This document shows, in pieces, positions 39,901-50,047 of a stretch of DNA of 64,000 nt (position 1 is the first letter of the stretch; the number at the start of each line of letters is the position of its first letter). Under the pieces are notes generated by a model. That model was given only the letters and a program-made list of their open reading frames with translations. It was not told the DNA's origin and made no database searches. The translations under genes and the position numbers were made by a program. The stretch lies in NCBI GenBank assembly GCA_937872505.1, contig CALMTA010000137.1, positions 132 to 64,131 on the forward strand, written 5' to 3'. Source of the DNA: an uncultured Neisseriaceae bacterium. GTDB lineage: Bacteria > Pseudomonadota > Gammaproteobacteria > Burkholderiales > UBA11063.

Positions 39901-42900
39901 ATAAAAATATTAACAGAGTTTAGTAATTTTAAAAGTTTTGGTGGATTAGGTACTATAAATTTATATTCCTTTAATAATGTAGATGTTAAAATAAAAAATA
40001 ATGATGTTGTTAAAAGCATAAATCGTAGATTAAAAAATATAAAGGATAAAAAAGCTAATCCTTTACCAAATGAAGTTTCTACTTTAAATAGTATGTTAGA
40101 AGACAAAAAGTTATTAAAAGAGTTCGTTGATTATAAAAGTATATCTAACATGCTTCAAAGCCTTATAACTATATCTAATTATAGTCAAAAAACTATAAGT
40201 AATTTAACTAATAAAGTTTTATCCAGCCCTACTTCAAAATTTAATATTGCTAAATCTATCTCTAAAAAATATAATAGCTTGTTAAGCTTTGATGATTTTG
40301 TATTAAAAAGTTATTCTTTTAAAAATTCTCCTTTAGCTATAGAAAATGCTATTAAAGATGAGTTTATAACTATTTTAACAGAACCAAGTAATTTAAGACA
40401 AATTATGGCTCCATTAGGATATGGACTTTTTTATAAAGGAAGCCAATCTTTAAATAAAGAAGAGTCTGCAAAAATTAAAAAAGAATTATTATCTAAAACA
40501 AATAACGAATTAAAAGCTTATGTAGACAGCTTATTAGAAAAATATTCTTTAGCAGTTTTAATGGATATTTTTAGAGATAAAACAGTATTTCCTGATCCTT
40601 TAAATTGGTTGTATAATCAAATTTCCTATGACTCTTCAAGAGTAGACTCTGTAATTATTGGGGCTATGGCTTTAAATCAAGTAGGACAATCTTTAATACA
40701 AATTATTAATAAGCCTATTTATTATGACTTTAAAAAATCTATTATAAAAGATAATGTAATTACACTATCTGCAATAGATGAAGATAATATAAAAAAAATT
40801 ATATTTGGTAATAACTATAATGAATCACAATTAGTAAAAGATTTTATTAATAATCATTTTGTATTAAAATTAGAAGAAGGCTCTGTATTTATTTCTTTAG
40901 GGGTAGATGGTCAAAAAATACAAGTACTTCCAAGAATAAGTGCTACTCTTTTAAATTTAAATAGTTATATAGGCTTTATGGCACAAGGTATAAAGTCACA
41001 TTGGATAGTAGCAATAACTAATCAGCCTGCAATAAAAGAATTAAATAATATTTACTTAAACTATATTTCAGACAATACTCCTCGCAAAAAAGCTTTAGAG
41101 TTAGCTTTTTATGATACAATACAACAATACTTTTTTAGTTACTTAGAATTAAACAATTTATCTTTAGAAATAAACAAAACACAAGATATATTTGATTATA
41201 TTAAAAATACTATTATTTCAAGTGTTGAAAATCAAGTAACTTTGTATGATTTATTTAAAGCATTAGCTTTAGGGGAAAGTATAAACAATCCATTAATGTC
41301 TAATTATGAAAAGTCTCAATTTTTAAAAGCACAACTTATATCTTTGTATAATTATATAATGGCTGTGGAACAAGGTCAAGAATTAGGAGATTTTTATAGA
41401 AAAACTAATGTCGATTCTAAAGGTGTTGGATCTTCTTATATATCAGCCGTTGAGTCTTTAAATGCTTTAGAAAGTATATATGAAGGCAGTCCTTTAGTTA
41501 ATATTCAAAGTTTATATGGTGATTATTTTTATATAAAATATAATCCTGTTTTAAACAGTAAAACAGAAGTTAATGGCATTGTAATTTATGATAGATTATA
41601 TGATTTTATTAATGAAATATTAGAAAATAATATATATGCTACAAGTAACACAAGAAGAATTAGATTGTCTTTAATTCACAATGCAGATGAAAGTGTAACC
41701 CTTTCTAATGTTTTAATTAATAAAGAAGAATTTATTTTAAGCATCATAGATAATATAGATTTTAACAGCAATTACTTTTCTTTTTACGAAAAATTATATT
41801 TTGCTAATATTATACTTAAAAGTCAATATAATAATAAATTTTCAAAATTAGAAGAAATATTAAAAGAAGCCAATAAGTTTAATGAATTTGAATCATATAT
41901 ATCATTTACTAAAAAAGATATAGAATTATTTTCAAACCCAGATAATTTTAGTAAAATAACTGATTTTAGATTAGTTCAGTTTTTAACAGAAGAATTTGTT
42001 AAAAAAACATTATTACTAAAAAATATGGAAAACAATATAAAATTTGATAATGTTCTTATTGTTCCTAATAACTATAAATATTATGCATTAAAATACGGTT
42101 CTGATTTAGTTAAAAGAAGCTATAAAGATTTCTTTCCTTATAGCACTAACTTATATAAAGATTTAATAAAAAGATTAAATTTTGTTAATAATGATAATTT
42201 ATATATGGATGAAAATAGAATTAAAATATTTGATAGACATATTTCTTCATATTTAATAGGTCTATTTTCTAGATATTCTTTAGAAAGTAAAAAAGAACTT
42301 CTTGATAAACTTATAGCTTCTTATCAAGAGTTAAAAACTTTAACTTTAAATTCTGATTATAGTTTATTTTTAAAATTTTTAATACCAAGTGTTCAAGACA
42401 ATATAACATACTTAATATTTAACAATAGTGATAGAATTAATTCTGACATAAAATTATATAATATTTATGAAAAAATGTTCTATGACACTGAGCCAAAAAT
42501 AGTAGAATTTGCAGAATTATTGTTAAACTATTGGATGGTATTTAACGGTGCATATACCTCATATAAAAGTATAGGATCTGTTGTTCCTAATAATATTTAT
42601 ATGCAAAATCGTATAGTTTCTTTGTTGAGAAATATTGATTGGAATAATGTTATAAATAATAATGTTATTTTAAAAAATGATATTTCTTATATAATACAGT
42701 TGATACAACATTATCCTACTGAGTTTTTGACTAATAAAAATGTTATAAGAATATCGAAAAATATAGATAATATACTTACTACTTATAATATGCTAGTAGA
42801 TAATGTCTTAGAACCTTATGTTTTTATATTTAAACCTTCATATAAAGAACAGGATTCTGCAGGAAATCCTTTAGAAAGAGAAATTTTTCCTGTAATAAAA

Positions 42901-45900
42901 GCTATTACAAATAGAGATTCTAATAAAAATAATAGATATATATTTATAAATTTAGAATATCTAATGTATAAATTATTTTCATTGAGCGAATATGATTCTC
43001 AAAGTGAGAATAAAGCTAAAGAAATGTTTTTACATTTTTTAATTACTAATAAAAAAACATTAAATGAAACTTTAGGCATTAATTTACAATATTTAATAGA
43101 AAAAATTAAAGATGCTGAAACTTCACTAAAAAAAGTTTATATAAGAATTAATAATTTAGGAACTAATGTTATAGGTCACAAAATATTTGAATTTTCTAAA
43201 AATGAATCAGATGTAGGATTAAGTTTAGTTAATAAAGAGAACTCTTTGTTTAACTTTTTATTTAAAAAACTTATTGAGAATAAATCTAATTTAGATATAT
43301 TTAAAGCTAATATTAAATCTGGTTTAATATCAAGTAGCAATTTTACTAGAAATGAAGATTCTGATAAACAAATGGTAATAACTACTACTGATAGTTTATC
43401 ATTTTTTAAAAAACGAAGTCCTATTACTTTTGGTAAAAATTCTTTTGATACTATAGATAAAATATTTTTACATACTATATTAACTAATCATAGAGGCATA
43501 ACTTCAAATAGTAACTTATATAAAATATCTGAATTATTAACTTTAAACACATCAGAAGCAGATAAAGTAACTACTTGGCAAGAAATAATAAATAAGTTAT
43601 TAATTGTTATTAGTCCTGTAAGTGTTGATGAAACTATTATTAGTAATAATAATTCTTTTTCAGAAGAAAATGTTTTACAACTGGTTAAAGATATATTACA
43701 AAAAGGACCTGTTACTAAAAAATTAATTAGTAATAATTATTTTACTGAAAATGAAATTAATTCTTTAATTAATAATATTGTATATAACTATTCAATTTAT
43801 TTTGATTCTATTTTAAATAGAGATACAGGTTTAGTAAATCATTTAACTCATCCTAAATACGATGAATTAGAATTTGTAATGGAATACGATTTTTTAGATA
43901 GTAAAAAAAGAAGTTTAGTAGGTTATAAAAATCCTGGAGATAAAAATTATTATGGTATATTATTGACTAATTTTAAAGATTCTTTAAAAACTAAAACAGC
44001 TTTTGTATTACCTAAAAATACATTTTTACAAGCTATTAATTCTGATTTTTTTACTGTTAAATCAGGACCAGAAAAACTAAAAAAAGGAGATGTTGTTAAT
44101 ATACAAACTTCCAGAGAAGTTACTAGTAAAAATGACTTTATAGTTAAAAAAGATTTAACTGATAGTAATTCTTTATATGTAACATTAGATAGTTTTGAAG
44201 AAGATGGAATAGAATCTATAGAATTTCCATTAACAGAAGATATTAAAAATATTTATGAAAGATTAAAAAATTCTTCCGACTTAATGGAGCAAATGGAGCT
44301 AAGTGAAACAATTAAAAATTATATAAATTCTGTATTATTAGGAGATAAAAATGTCTTGCAAACTATTGAAACAGACGATAATAACATAGAAATACACATA
44401 GATACTATATCTCCAGATTTTATAGCTATTAAAAATTCTTTTGCTTCTAATGATTTAAAAGTTTCAATATATAGACTAAATAGTATAGAAACTATTAAAA
44501 AAGATAATCCTATAATTTATAACTATTTAATTGAACAATATAACAGAATAAATAGAACATTGGGTCAAAAACCTTTAGACCCTAATGTACCAGCACAAAA
44601 ATATATTTTAGATAATATTTTAAATGAATTATTAAAAGTAAAAAATAGTAATGAGTTAATTATATTTAGTACTATAATTTCTCCAAATAATTATGATATT
44701 TCTAAAACTTATACAGTACAAAATACTAATGATTTTTCTTTAACTTCTTCTAACACTAAATTTGCTTTGTTAGCAGCCATAGAAAAAAATATACCTATAT
44801 TTGTTTATAATAATGTAGAAAACGGTATATATGATATAGGTTGGTATAAATGGGAAAGTACTGTATCTGATTTTGTTAAATCTGAAGTTCCTGTTTTCTT
44901 AAAAAATGTAGCTATATCTGTTGTTAACGAAAACAATTATTTAAACAATAAAGTATTATCAGATTTAATTGATTTTAATACATCTTCTTCTAAAGAAGAT
45001 TATGTAAAAGGTATAAATATTAAAACAGACAAAGAATCGTTTAACTCTCTGGCTAATAGATTAACTAATCCTAATTATTATGCTGATAAATCATTGTTTG
45101 ATGTAGAAACTGAATATAAAGATAAGCAATCTAAAAAAACTCATCCCGAGCTTAATGCAAAAGAAGCATTAAAATATGATATGAACTTAATGTATAATTT
45201 ACAAGTTAAAAAATTTAGACAAAATCCAGAATTAATAGATGAAATAAATGAACAAGGAGGATTAAAGTTTATACAAAACAGTTCACATTGGACACATTAT
45301 ACAGATACAGCAAAAACTATGTTGGACACTGATAAAAATTCAATTAGAAATAGAAATGATAGATGGGTTGGTCAAGGATTAGACAGTAATTTTATTAAAG
45401 TTTTAGCGCAATCTTATACTAAAGTAGCTAAAGAATTAAATAAATTTGTAGAAAGTCCTGTTGATATTAATTCTTCTAAAAAAGATATATTAGTTACAGA
45501 AGAAGATTATACTAAAAATACTCCAGACGATAAGTCCAAAGGATTTTTCTTTACTGAAAATTTACAAGCTTATTTAGCTGCAAGAAATAGATTAAACGAA
45601 GTAGAAGATATTCCTAAAGGATTTCCTATTACATTAAATGTAAAAACTGACAATAATCAAGCAGGTATAAGATATAAATCTAAAGATAAAAGAAACTTAA
45701 ATGCTTTTGCTATAATAAGTAAAAAATACCAACAATCTGATGCTAATTCTTTTGTAGCTAAAGAAGGTCAATTTGCAGATACAGAAGAGGATTTTGAATT
45801 ATTTAAAAAGTATAATACTGAATCTATACAAGAAGCTTTAAGGTATAAAAAACCTTTAGTTATACTTAAAAAAGGTATAGCTACAGGAAAATCGGCTTTA

Positions 45901-48336
45901 CCTTTAAGATTTGCTCAATGGTTAAATGAAGAATTAAAAAGTAAATTAGGTATTCAAGGAATTATAAAAGAAAATACTTCAAGAGATTATGAAGGATTTG
46001 GTATATTTAATTTATTTAAAGTAGAAGCAAAAACATTTAAAAATGAAGAATATTTAATAGCTAAATCAGAAGCAGATAAAAGACCCAATAATACTTTAAT
46101 TCCTCAAAATTTTCAAGGAAAAAAAGATATTAAAGTTAGCGATTTGGTTAAAAAGAATTTAGGTGCAGATGCTTTTTCTATAGACATGATATATTACGGA
46201 TTTCGTACAAGAACTACAAGACAAAAAGAAGAGTTAGATAAATACAATATAAAAGTTGGAAGTTATACTTATATGTTTGGTAAATCTTCTGATGGAACTG
46301 TTAAAAGAATACTTGTAAAAATAACTAAAATAACTAAAGGAATAGATGAAACTTCATGGTTTAAAGAAGGTTGGGATAGTGGAGAAATAAAAAAAGTTAG
46401 AAACTTTAAAGAACCTTATGCTGTAGAATTTGAAAAAGTTGAAGAATTTTTAGCTTCTCCTATAGTTAAAAAAGAATCTGATATAATTTTTGATGTTAAT
46501 GATTTAATAAATCCTCAATATAATAATAAGCCAGAATTTAATAAATTGCCTATTAGAGGAATAAATCCTACATTTACTTATGCAGGTATTGGAAGCAGAG
46601 AAACTCCTGCAAAAATATTAGCTTTAATGACTCAAGTAGCTAAAGAATTAGAAAGTTATTTAACTCTTAATACAGGTAAAAAGAGTGATACTAAAGAAGA
46701 AGGTGCTGATAAAGCTTTTTCAGATGGTACAAAAAGAAAAAATTTATTTTCTCCAAGTAAAGCTAGTGATTTAACAAGAAAAATAGCAGCTGAAATACAT
46801 CCAGATTTAGAAAGAATGGCACAGTCTATATATAATAAATGGGTAAGTACTGTTGGAAAAGATAAAGCTAATATTTATAAACAAGGTGCTATAGATTTAC
46901 AAGCAAGAAATACTTATCAGATATTTGGTGAAAATTTAGATACTCCTGTTGATTTTGTATTATTTTGGGCTAAGGAAACTAAAAATCCTTTAAGACCAGA
47001 AGGGGGTACAGGTCAAGCTGTTGAAATGGCAAGAAGAAAAGGTATCCCTACTATTAATATGGCTGATTCCAATTGGAGAGAACAATTAGATGATATATTA
47101 TCACAAATTAAAAAAGGTAAGCTTACCCCTTCTGCAATAAATATTAATGAAAAATATCAAAAAAGTGATAAATCTCCTGTAGAAGAACTTTTAACTTCTT
47201 TGAGAAATACTAATAAATTTATTATTTTAGATAAACTTATAGACGAACGTTTAATTAAACAGTTATTATCAGATAGTTATTTATCAAGTAAAATGTATGT
47301 TTTAGAAGATAATGGTGATACAGTAAAAATTAGTAAAACTAAACCTACTCCTGCTTTAAATTTAACTATTTCTTTTGGTAAATCATATAATACTATAGTA
47401 GAGATATTAAATGGTAAAACAGAACTTCCTCCTGATTCGGATAAAGAAAAAGAAGCTATATTTATAATTAAAAATTTATTATTAAGTAATAATGAATCTT
47501 TGTTAAAAACAATAGATAGTCAAAAAGATGGTTTAGCATTTTTAGAAAATTCTACTATTAATACTTCTGTATCTAATGAACATAAAAAATATTTTAACAT
47601 TATTAAATCTTATTTAAAATCTGTTTATGCCGAATTAAAAAATATAGATTATATAATACATAGTATTGATTATATTCCATATAAGTTTAAAGACAATTCT
47701 AGTTTTAAAGATGCTACATATATAATGTATGATAAAGAATCTTTAACCACAGGACTTATTTTGAAGTACAGAGATGTATTAAAAATGATTAAAACAATAG
47801 AAAATCCTTTAGACAGTTTTACTAATAGTACAGATAAATTAGAAAATTCTGTAGATATTTATATAAAAGATTTATCTATTTTAGAAAACTTAGACAGTGA
47901 TATTAATTATCATGTGACAGGAGTTAATTATAAGAAAGTTACTAATATTAAGAAGCTTATTAAATCTATTAATAATAAAAAAAATATAACTGTAGAAAAT
48001 TCAGTAAAAAGTTCTATTTTAAAAAGGTATATATCTATTAAAACAAAAATATCTTTAAAGTCTTTAAGTAAAAGAGATATTAATAATATTAGAATATTAG
48101 AACTTCAGCCTGTTAATAAAGGGATAGTTACAGTAAAAAGAGAAAGTGAAATATCAAGTACTTTGTATGAGGATTTTATTACAGCTTTAAATTCTACTTT
48201 ACAAGAAAGTCAGGATATTAGTCAAGAAGATTTAGACAAACTTAAGACAGATTATACTAATTTGTCAGAGGAAGATAAAATTAAATTTAATAATTCAAAT
48301 ATAAACGACACTATTAAATCTTTAATGACATGTTAG
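33958..48336 (+). CDS. giant virion-associated DNA-dependent RNA polymerase (crAss/phi14:2 gp66-like) with C-terminal accessory domains
   Basis: 4792 aa; NRIPVQYQSS at 39421 and MGSDFDIDTL with DFDID at 39541-39555 (residues 1862-1866). Confidence 0.85.
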   Translation: MKNCGTNYVSVNIETMSNSIFDTIQRNINSNLPRSIYSLLKENLKKQVLTDTTLNLESDNLELIRYKFFSTYQRIYNDYVNDGKALDAFYITLYDSIYSLVLDKIIDIKDSYSIAMYGDIISSIINKFSPSQNELLNLSEISDLSEDNIETLLTAYKSIKNNEESNEELSLLDVTDLETLSAPFDTSEGLNDFKDTTPNILRKLFSFIPKITVKDGNFVYSYESKEKLFSFYNWKEIYSTLLYISNEVYKPNIKNGKFIDTVLPKDLSYEDIILEIFEVIKDKNHPYYNHYLSYLIGYTYSEKDGYTKLSIKNNENSFDEISGLMLSSMMIEVNFDEKNGKKIKVNSLNFDKATESINYSKSIVNLFLTTFGRHIANWINIVQNNTDNGVVTEVYNTNQENSYTVVKDLLLSGFINSKYTVLTEISSNYNVELANKLLNNINNRLDTIAAISAEKDGKSIFDLKKEELIKLTDIILRKEFNFVLPEGISKETVYFARFNNDKTLSNSLLKDIIEFLTYITSLDESNSTIILEDTDLFINKNNFKSFIRKTSKVILPRVKLDFISKTNKKLYSGINTNHIYKVYNEILGLNISYWTEEKKNNLIKVLESLKNSSYTDLFNLNIINKLLSIKNRGFFTEVLNQMQIAILDTVSDNRTTSNFDEELNTKRIKALMTAYQYNPFVGTSEEETSTETIKFIIVPLIPNSVSRIVRVLKTIKFLEIKGNIFGSTNSLISFNKGKFVINDESYNSDSLLPLYNESLSELTQAARFQKMINDDENLSTLNDKEIQKVINGLNFVLYPYLNDMDYIYEDVSENHPLYKRNGYTRKIKDSIIDYVLNISTKNSKLKVLLPIRKRSLENFLDTINQNYEYLSNNVILDNKSDFLTTSYRNKLITEGNAYPVNFGINLETNKEFDAFYINTFNKSVGEIVKDYQGIIDAVINNTDIPLDNLYYLPLYSKGSKVISTLDSLFEKNIPLTLDHIVKSINIVNNILQGKLLLEISERKTKGNGSEIEIEELLNLEIGFFDNKTIGVYNKHEFNDGLFKLLNFEYTLNSRLTLSDHFKMIYGEALNFAIFDKNNNLKIEEYIYNLYKRNTLARAPNIPHGSITDSGEFTNGYIEDLVAPSNELRKNIIVAEDFTPEIFKEVKPLLFPDITEQDLFPYKLNEKAVKDTLKAYKKIQNNVDNTNFFVLNGELSEMLQDILEKSIQKNIKSISPYLTSSKSYLKIEHTDGYDMVTVSFFLKRALSYGYLSEELVNRLLTKINKSINNAKRALLNEDLVSVDKYLDYTITSKEVSEIKQNLLENLESKYQDIMNISMIKDMSLSDLSILVLKDVFVGFVDNPNLNIRELIFDKNASRVLLPNTIKNSRLDLIRKSMELHSIDRLSHFSAIKTNVSLIKRAPVSFWNSDINSTLDSLKWFNHEGSELYDKIVALNNGETTDNISVLTLHSNGFGEQTPQSDSDKSIMSSQVKAVIFIDQLNKTYNHRYINGEYVVAKNSGKDSYNRFQDLWKELYRYKYLKFIKSITDPDTEIIDNNKLLKYIVKNLSHSQNISQNDLNSFLTIKEIFKIKFPNSNNLVDSINNLLSTSNVNSEEYTELINYFNKEQITEEDLNKFMLPLLFSPNSYKLQSILNSLVETRLSSKGFKGVLTPDIQYEKDINWGDFKNSIVFTDPEKWNNTQPLKDMRYVNGKIEPAQMVVSWNFKSYIHKYAEIFEEDGYYTKKDISKEDIEDDYLEDVSLKSFIKNNRNSNDKEVIDIINNIPKKGKNVSIRKHKENNSYIVTYISRQKELINIEDYIKEVDGKKILDTKNIDPLLLRGLSNRIPVQYQSSITYFEIVGFITDLERSIIIAPSDFIVRMGSDFDIDTLYSLIYNFNYDIRSGKISMVKYLNDDKELYTNYIFRHVGNKLTTQYYKKIYEIIKEQKLKEITTKIISNIDSLISKQDAEDIQAINSFNTLKDKIILAENSISTSSVDNTFKHLIKILTEFSNFKSFGGLGTINLYSFNNVDVKIKNNDVVKSINRRLKNIKDKKANPLPNEVSTLNSMLEDKKLLKEFVDYKSISNMLQSLITISNYSQKTISNLTNKVLSSPTSKFNIAKSISKKYNSLLSFDDFVLKSYSFKNSPLAIENAIKDEFITILTEPSNLRQIMAPLGYGLFYKGSQSLNKEESAKIKKELLSKTNNELKAYVDSLLEKYSLAVLMDIFRDKTVFPDPLNWLYNQISYDSSRVDSVIIGAMALNQVGQSLIQIINKPIYYDFKKSIIKDNVITLSAIDEDNIKKIIFGNNYNESQLVKDFINNHFVLKLEEGSVFISLGVDGQKIQVLPRISATLLNLNSYIGFMAQGIKSHWIVAITNQPAIKELNNIYLNYISDNTPRKKALELAFYDTIQQYFFSYLELNNLSLEINKTQDIFDYIKNTIISSVENQVTLYDLFKALALGESINNPLMSNYEKSQFLKAQLISLYNYIMAVEQGQELGDFYRKTNVDSKGVGSSYISAVESLNALESIYEGSPLVNIQSLYGDYFYIKYNPVLNSKTEVNGIVIYDRLYDFINEILENNIYATSNTRRIRLSLIHNADESVTLSNVLINKEEFILSIIDNIDFNSNYFSFYEKLYFANIILKSQYNNKFSKLEEILKEANKFNEFESYISFTKKDIELFSNPDNFSKITDFRLVQFLTEEFVKKTLLLKNMENNIKFDNVLIVPNNYKYYALKYGSDLVKRSYKDFFPYSTNLYKDLIKRLNFVNNDNLYMDENRIKIFDRHISSYLIGLFSRYSLESKKELLDKLIASYQELKTLTLNSDYSLFLKFLIPSVQDNITYLIFNNSDRINSDIKLYNIYEKMFYDTEPKIVEFAELLLNYWMVFNGAYTSYKSIGSVVPNNIYMQNRIVSLLRNIDWNNVINNNVILKNDISYIIQLIQHYPTEFLTNKNVIRISKNIDNILTTYNMLVDNVLEPYVFIFKPSYKEQDSAGNPLEREIFPVIKAITNRDSNKNNRYIFINLEYLMYKLFSLSEYDSQSENKAKEMFLHFLITNKKTLNETLGINLQYLIEKIKDAETSLKKVYIRINNLGTNVIGHKIFEFSKNESDVGLSLVNKENSLFNFLFKKLIENKSNLDIFKANIKSGLISSSNFTRNEDSDKQMVITTTDSLSFFKKRSPITFGKNSFDTIDKIFLHTILTNHRGITSNSNLYKISELLTLNTSEADKVTTWQEIINKLLIVISPVSVDETIISNNNSFSEENVLQLVKDILQKGPVTKKLISNNYFTENEINSLINNIVYNYSIYFDSILNRDTGLVNHLTHPKYDELEFVMEYDFLDSKKRSLVGYKNPGDKNYYGILLTNFKDSLKTKTAFVLPKNTFLQAINSDFFTVKSGPEKLKKGDVVNIQTSREVTSKNDFIVKKDLTDSNSLYVTLDSFEEDGIESIEFPLTEDIKNIYERLKNSSDLMEQMELSETIKNYINSVLLGDKNVLQTIETDDNNIEIHIDTISPDFIAIKNSFASNDLKVSIYRLNSIETIKKDNPIIYNYLIEQYNRINRTLGQKPLDPNVPAQKYILDNILNELLKVKNSNELIIFSTIISPNNYDISKTYTVQNTNDFSLTSSNTKFALLAAIEKNIPIFVYNNVENGIYDIGWYKWESTVSDFVKSEVPVFLKNVAISVVNENNYLNNKVLSDLIDFNTSSSKEDYVKGINIKTDKESFNSLANRLTNPNYYADKSLFDVETEYKDKQSKKTHPELNAKEALKYDMNLMYNLQVKKFRQNPELIDEINEQGGLKFIQNSSHWTHYTDTAKTMLDTDKNSIRNRNDRWVGQGLDSNFIKVLAQSYTKVAKELNKFVESPVDINSSKKDILVTEEDYTKNTPDDKSKGFFFTENLQAYLAARNRLNEVEDIPKGFPITLNVKTDNNQAGIRYKSKDKRNLNAFAIISKKYQQSDANSFVAKEGQFADTEEDFELFKKYNTESIQEALRYKKPLVILKKGIATGKSALPLRFAQWLNEELKSKLGIQGIIKENTSRDYEGFGIFNLFKVEAKTFKNEEYLIAKSEADKRPNNTLIPQNFQGKKDIKVSDLVKKNLGADAFSIDMIYYGFRTRTTRQKEELDKYNIKVGSYTYMFGKSSDGTVKRILVKITKITKGIDETSWFKEGWDSGEIKKVRNFKEPYAVEFEKVEEFLASPIVKKESDIIFDVNDLINPQYNNKPEFNKLPIRGINPTFTYAGIGSRETPAKILALMTQVAKELESYLTLNTGKKSDTKEEGADKAFSDGTKRKNLFSPSKASDLTRKIAAEIHPDLERMAQSIYNKWVSTVGKDKANIYKQGAIDLQARNTYQIFGENLDTPVDFVLFWAKETKNPLRPEGGTGQAVEMARRKGIPTINMADSNWREQLDDILSQIKKGKLTPSAININEKYQKSDKSPVEELLTSLRNTNKFIILDKLIDERLIKQLLSDSYLSSKMYVLEDNGDTVKISKTKPTPALNLTISFGKSYNTIVEILNGKTELPPDSDKEKEAIFIIKNLLLSNNESLLKTIDSQKDGLAFLENSTINTSVSNEHKKYFNIIKSYLKSVYAELKNIDYIIHSIDYIPYKFKDNSSFKDATYIMYDKESLTTGLILKYRDVLKMIKTIENPLDSFTNSTDKLENSVDIYIKDLSILENLDSDINYHVTGVNYKKVTNIKKLIKSINNKKNITVENSVKSSILKRYISIKTKISLKSLSKRDINNIRILELQPVNKGIVTVKRESEISSTLYEDFITALNSTLQESQDISQEDLDKLKTDYTNLSEEDKIKFNNSNINDTIKSLMTC

Positions 48337-49442
48337 CTGCTAAATGCGTAAATTTTAATATACCATTTAATAAGCAATTGCTTTATCTATATGGTAAAAA
48401 TACTGCTACTGAACTATCTTCTTTTATAAATAGTAAAGAATTTATAAATTGGTATGGTTCTAATAGTTATCCAATGATAATAAATCACGCTGTTTTTAAC
48501 AGTAAAGGAGAAAAATTAGATTTAAGAAGTAAAATTATATATACTAAAACTATTTATGAAAATAGACTTAATAATATAATTAATGATAATTATGATAGTT
48601 TTGATTTAGATTTAAAAAAGTATTTAAATCCAGAATTTAGTAACTATTCATCTTTAAAAAAAGGTATCATAAATGGTAAATATATTAATAAAAAAATAGG
48701 AGCTTTTAATAAGCTTTTTAATTCTAATGTAAAAAAATTAGACTTAAGTTTAGTTAATACTTCAATGGATAGTCAAACCATTGTTAATATTTTACTAAGT
48801 GATTATTTAGATAAAATAAAAAATAAGTATAATAAAACTTTAACAGAAAAAAATATATTAAATAATGTTGAAGATATTAACAAGTTCTTTGGTTTAAAGG
48901 ATATAAAATTTGAGATTTCAGGAAACATATTAGAAAATGATAGCTATTTTGAAATTTTACAAAAAATAAAATCTTTTATACCTGAAAGTTATGTTAACTA
49001 TTTAAAAAACAATACAAATATTGATAATGTTTATTATGTAAATAATATTGATAAATCTGTAATAAAAGTTAATAATGATTTATATATTAATAAAAATATA
49101 GCTAATTTTGAAAATCTTTCCTTTATTAAAGATTTTTTGAAAATTTTAGTACTTGATAATTTTAATATTTCTGATGAAAGCTTAGCTGCTATTAACACTT
49201 ATTTACCTCAATTTGATAAAACTAAATTTAAGGCTTACTTAACTAATAAGGATTTATTAAAAAGCGGTATATTTGAGAATGACGAGTTTGTACAAAGTTT
49301 AAGAGACAATTCATTATATGATATTATAGACCCTGATAACTACATTAATGAGTTACTAATTACAGATAAAACATTTCCTGATAAAGAAATTTATATTGAT
49401 TTTCAAATAATTCAAAACAAAAAAGAACAATGTCTCCTTTAA
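48330..49442 (+). CDS. hypothetical virion-associated protein
   Basis: overlaps the RNAP stop; SKEFINWYG motif; Cys near both termini. Confidence 0.55.
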   Translation: MLAAKCVNFNIPFNKQLLYLYGKNTATELSSFINSKEFINWYGSNSYPMIINHAVFNSKGEKLDLRSKIIYTKTIYENRLNNIINDNYDSFDLDLKKYLNPEFSNYSSLKKGIINGKYINKKIGAFNKLFNSNVKKLDLSLVNTSMDSQTIVNILLSDYLDKIKNKYNKTLTEKNILNNVEDINKFFGLKDIKFEISGNILENDSYFEILQKIKSFIPESYVNYLKNNTNIDNVYYVNNIDKSVIKVNNDLYINKNIANFENLSFIKDFLKILVLDNFNISDESLAAINTYLPQFDKTKFKAYLTNKDLLKSGIFENDEFVQSLRDNSLYDIIDPDNYINELLITDKTFPDKEIYIDFQIIQNKKEQCLL

Positions 49443-49608
49443 ATACCAAACTTAATTCTAAGAACTACTTTAGAATTAACACAGTTTACATAAGTATAGC
49501 TAAAACCATATATGAAGCATCTTCTTTAATTAAAGATGATAAGATTATAGCAGAAATTAAATTAACTAATAGAGGAATCAATTAAGATTTTCTTGAAAAT
49601 ATAAAAAT

Positions 49609-49791
49609 TTGGTAATGGAAAACAATATAATAACAGCAACTATTTGGCATCCAAAATTAAAAAAATATCAACTTGCTCACTATCAAAACGGTAAATTTAC
49701 TTTTTACACGGGATATATGTATCAAGTAAGATTAAATGATGCTAAATTTAAGTCTCAAGAAGATAAAAAACATTTTTATAGTCAAATCTAG
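49609..49791 (+). CDS. small hypothetical protein
   Basis: 60-aa ORF. Confidence 0.45.
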   Translation: MVMENNIITATIWHPKLKKYQLAHYQNGKFTFYTGYMYQVRLNDAKFKSQEDKKHFYSQI

Positions 49792-49813
49792 AATTAACTT
49801 ATCTTAAATATTT

Positions 49814-50047
49814 ATGTCAGAACGTATTATAAATGAAAAAGATTATTATAGTTTTGTAGAACAGGCAGAAAATCTTGTTATAAATAATCCTTCTTTAAGA
49901 TTAGGTCAATGTTTATTTAATATATTTTTTGAAAACTATCCTGATATTATTAATAAAATAAAAAACACTGATAAAGATCCTTTTTATAACAATAACAATA
50001 TAGTAAAATTTTTAAATTATATAAAAAAACATGTCAATTATTATTAA
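49814..50047 (+). CDS. hypothetical phage protein
   Basis: LRLGQ.LFN..DPFY motif typical of a small phage family. Confidence 0.55.
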   Translation: MSERIINEKDYYSFVEQAENLVINNPSLRLGQCLFNIFFENYPDIINKIKNTDKDPFYNNNNIVKFLNYIKKHVNYY

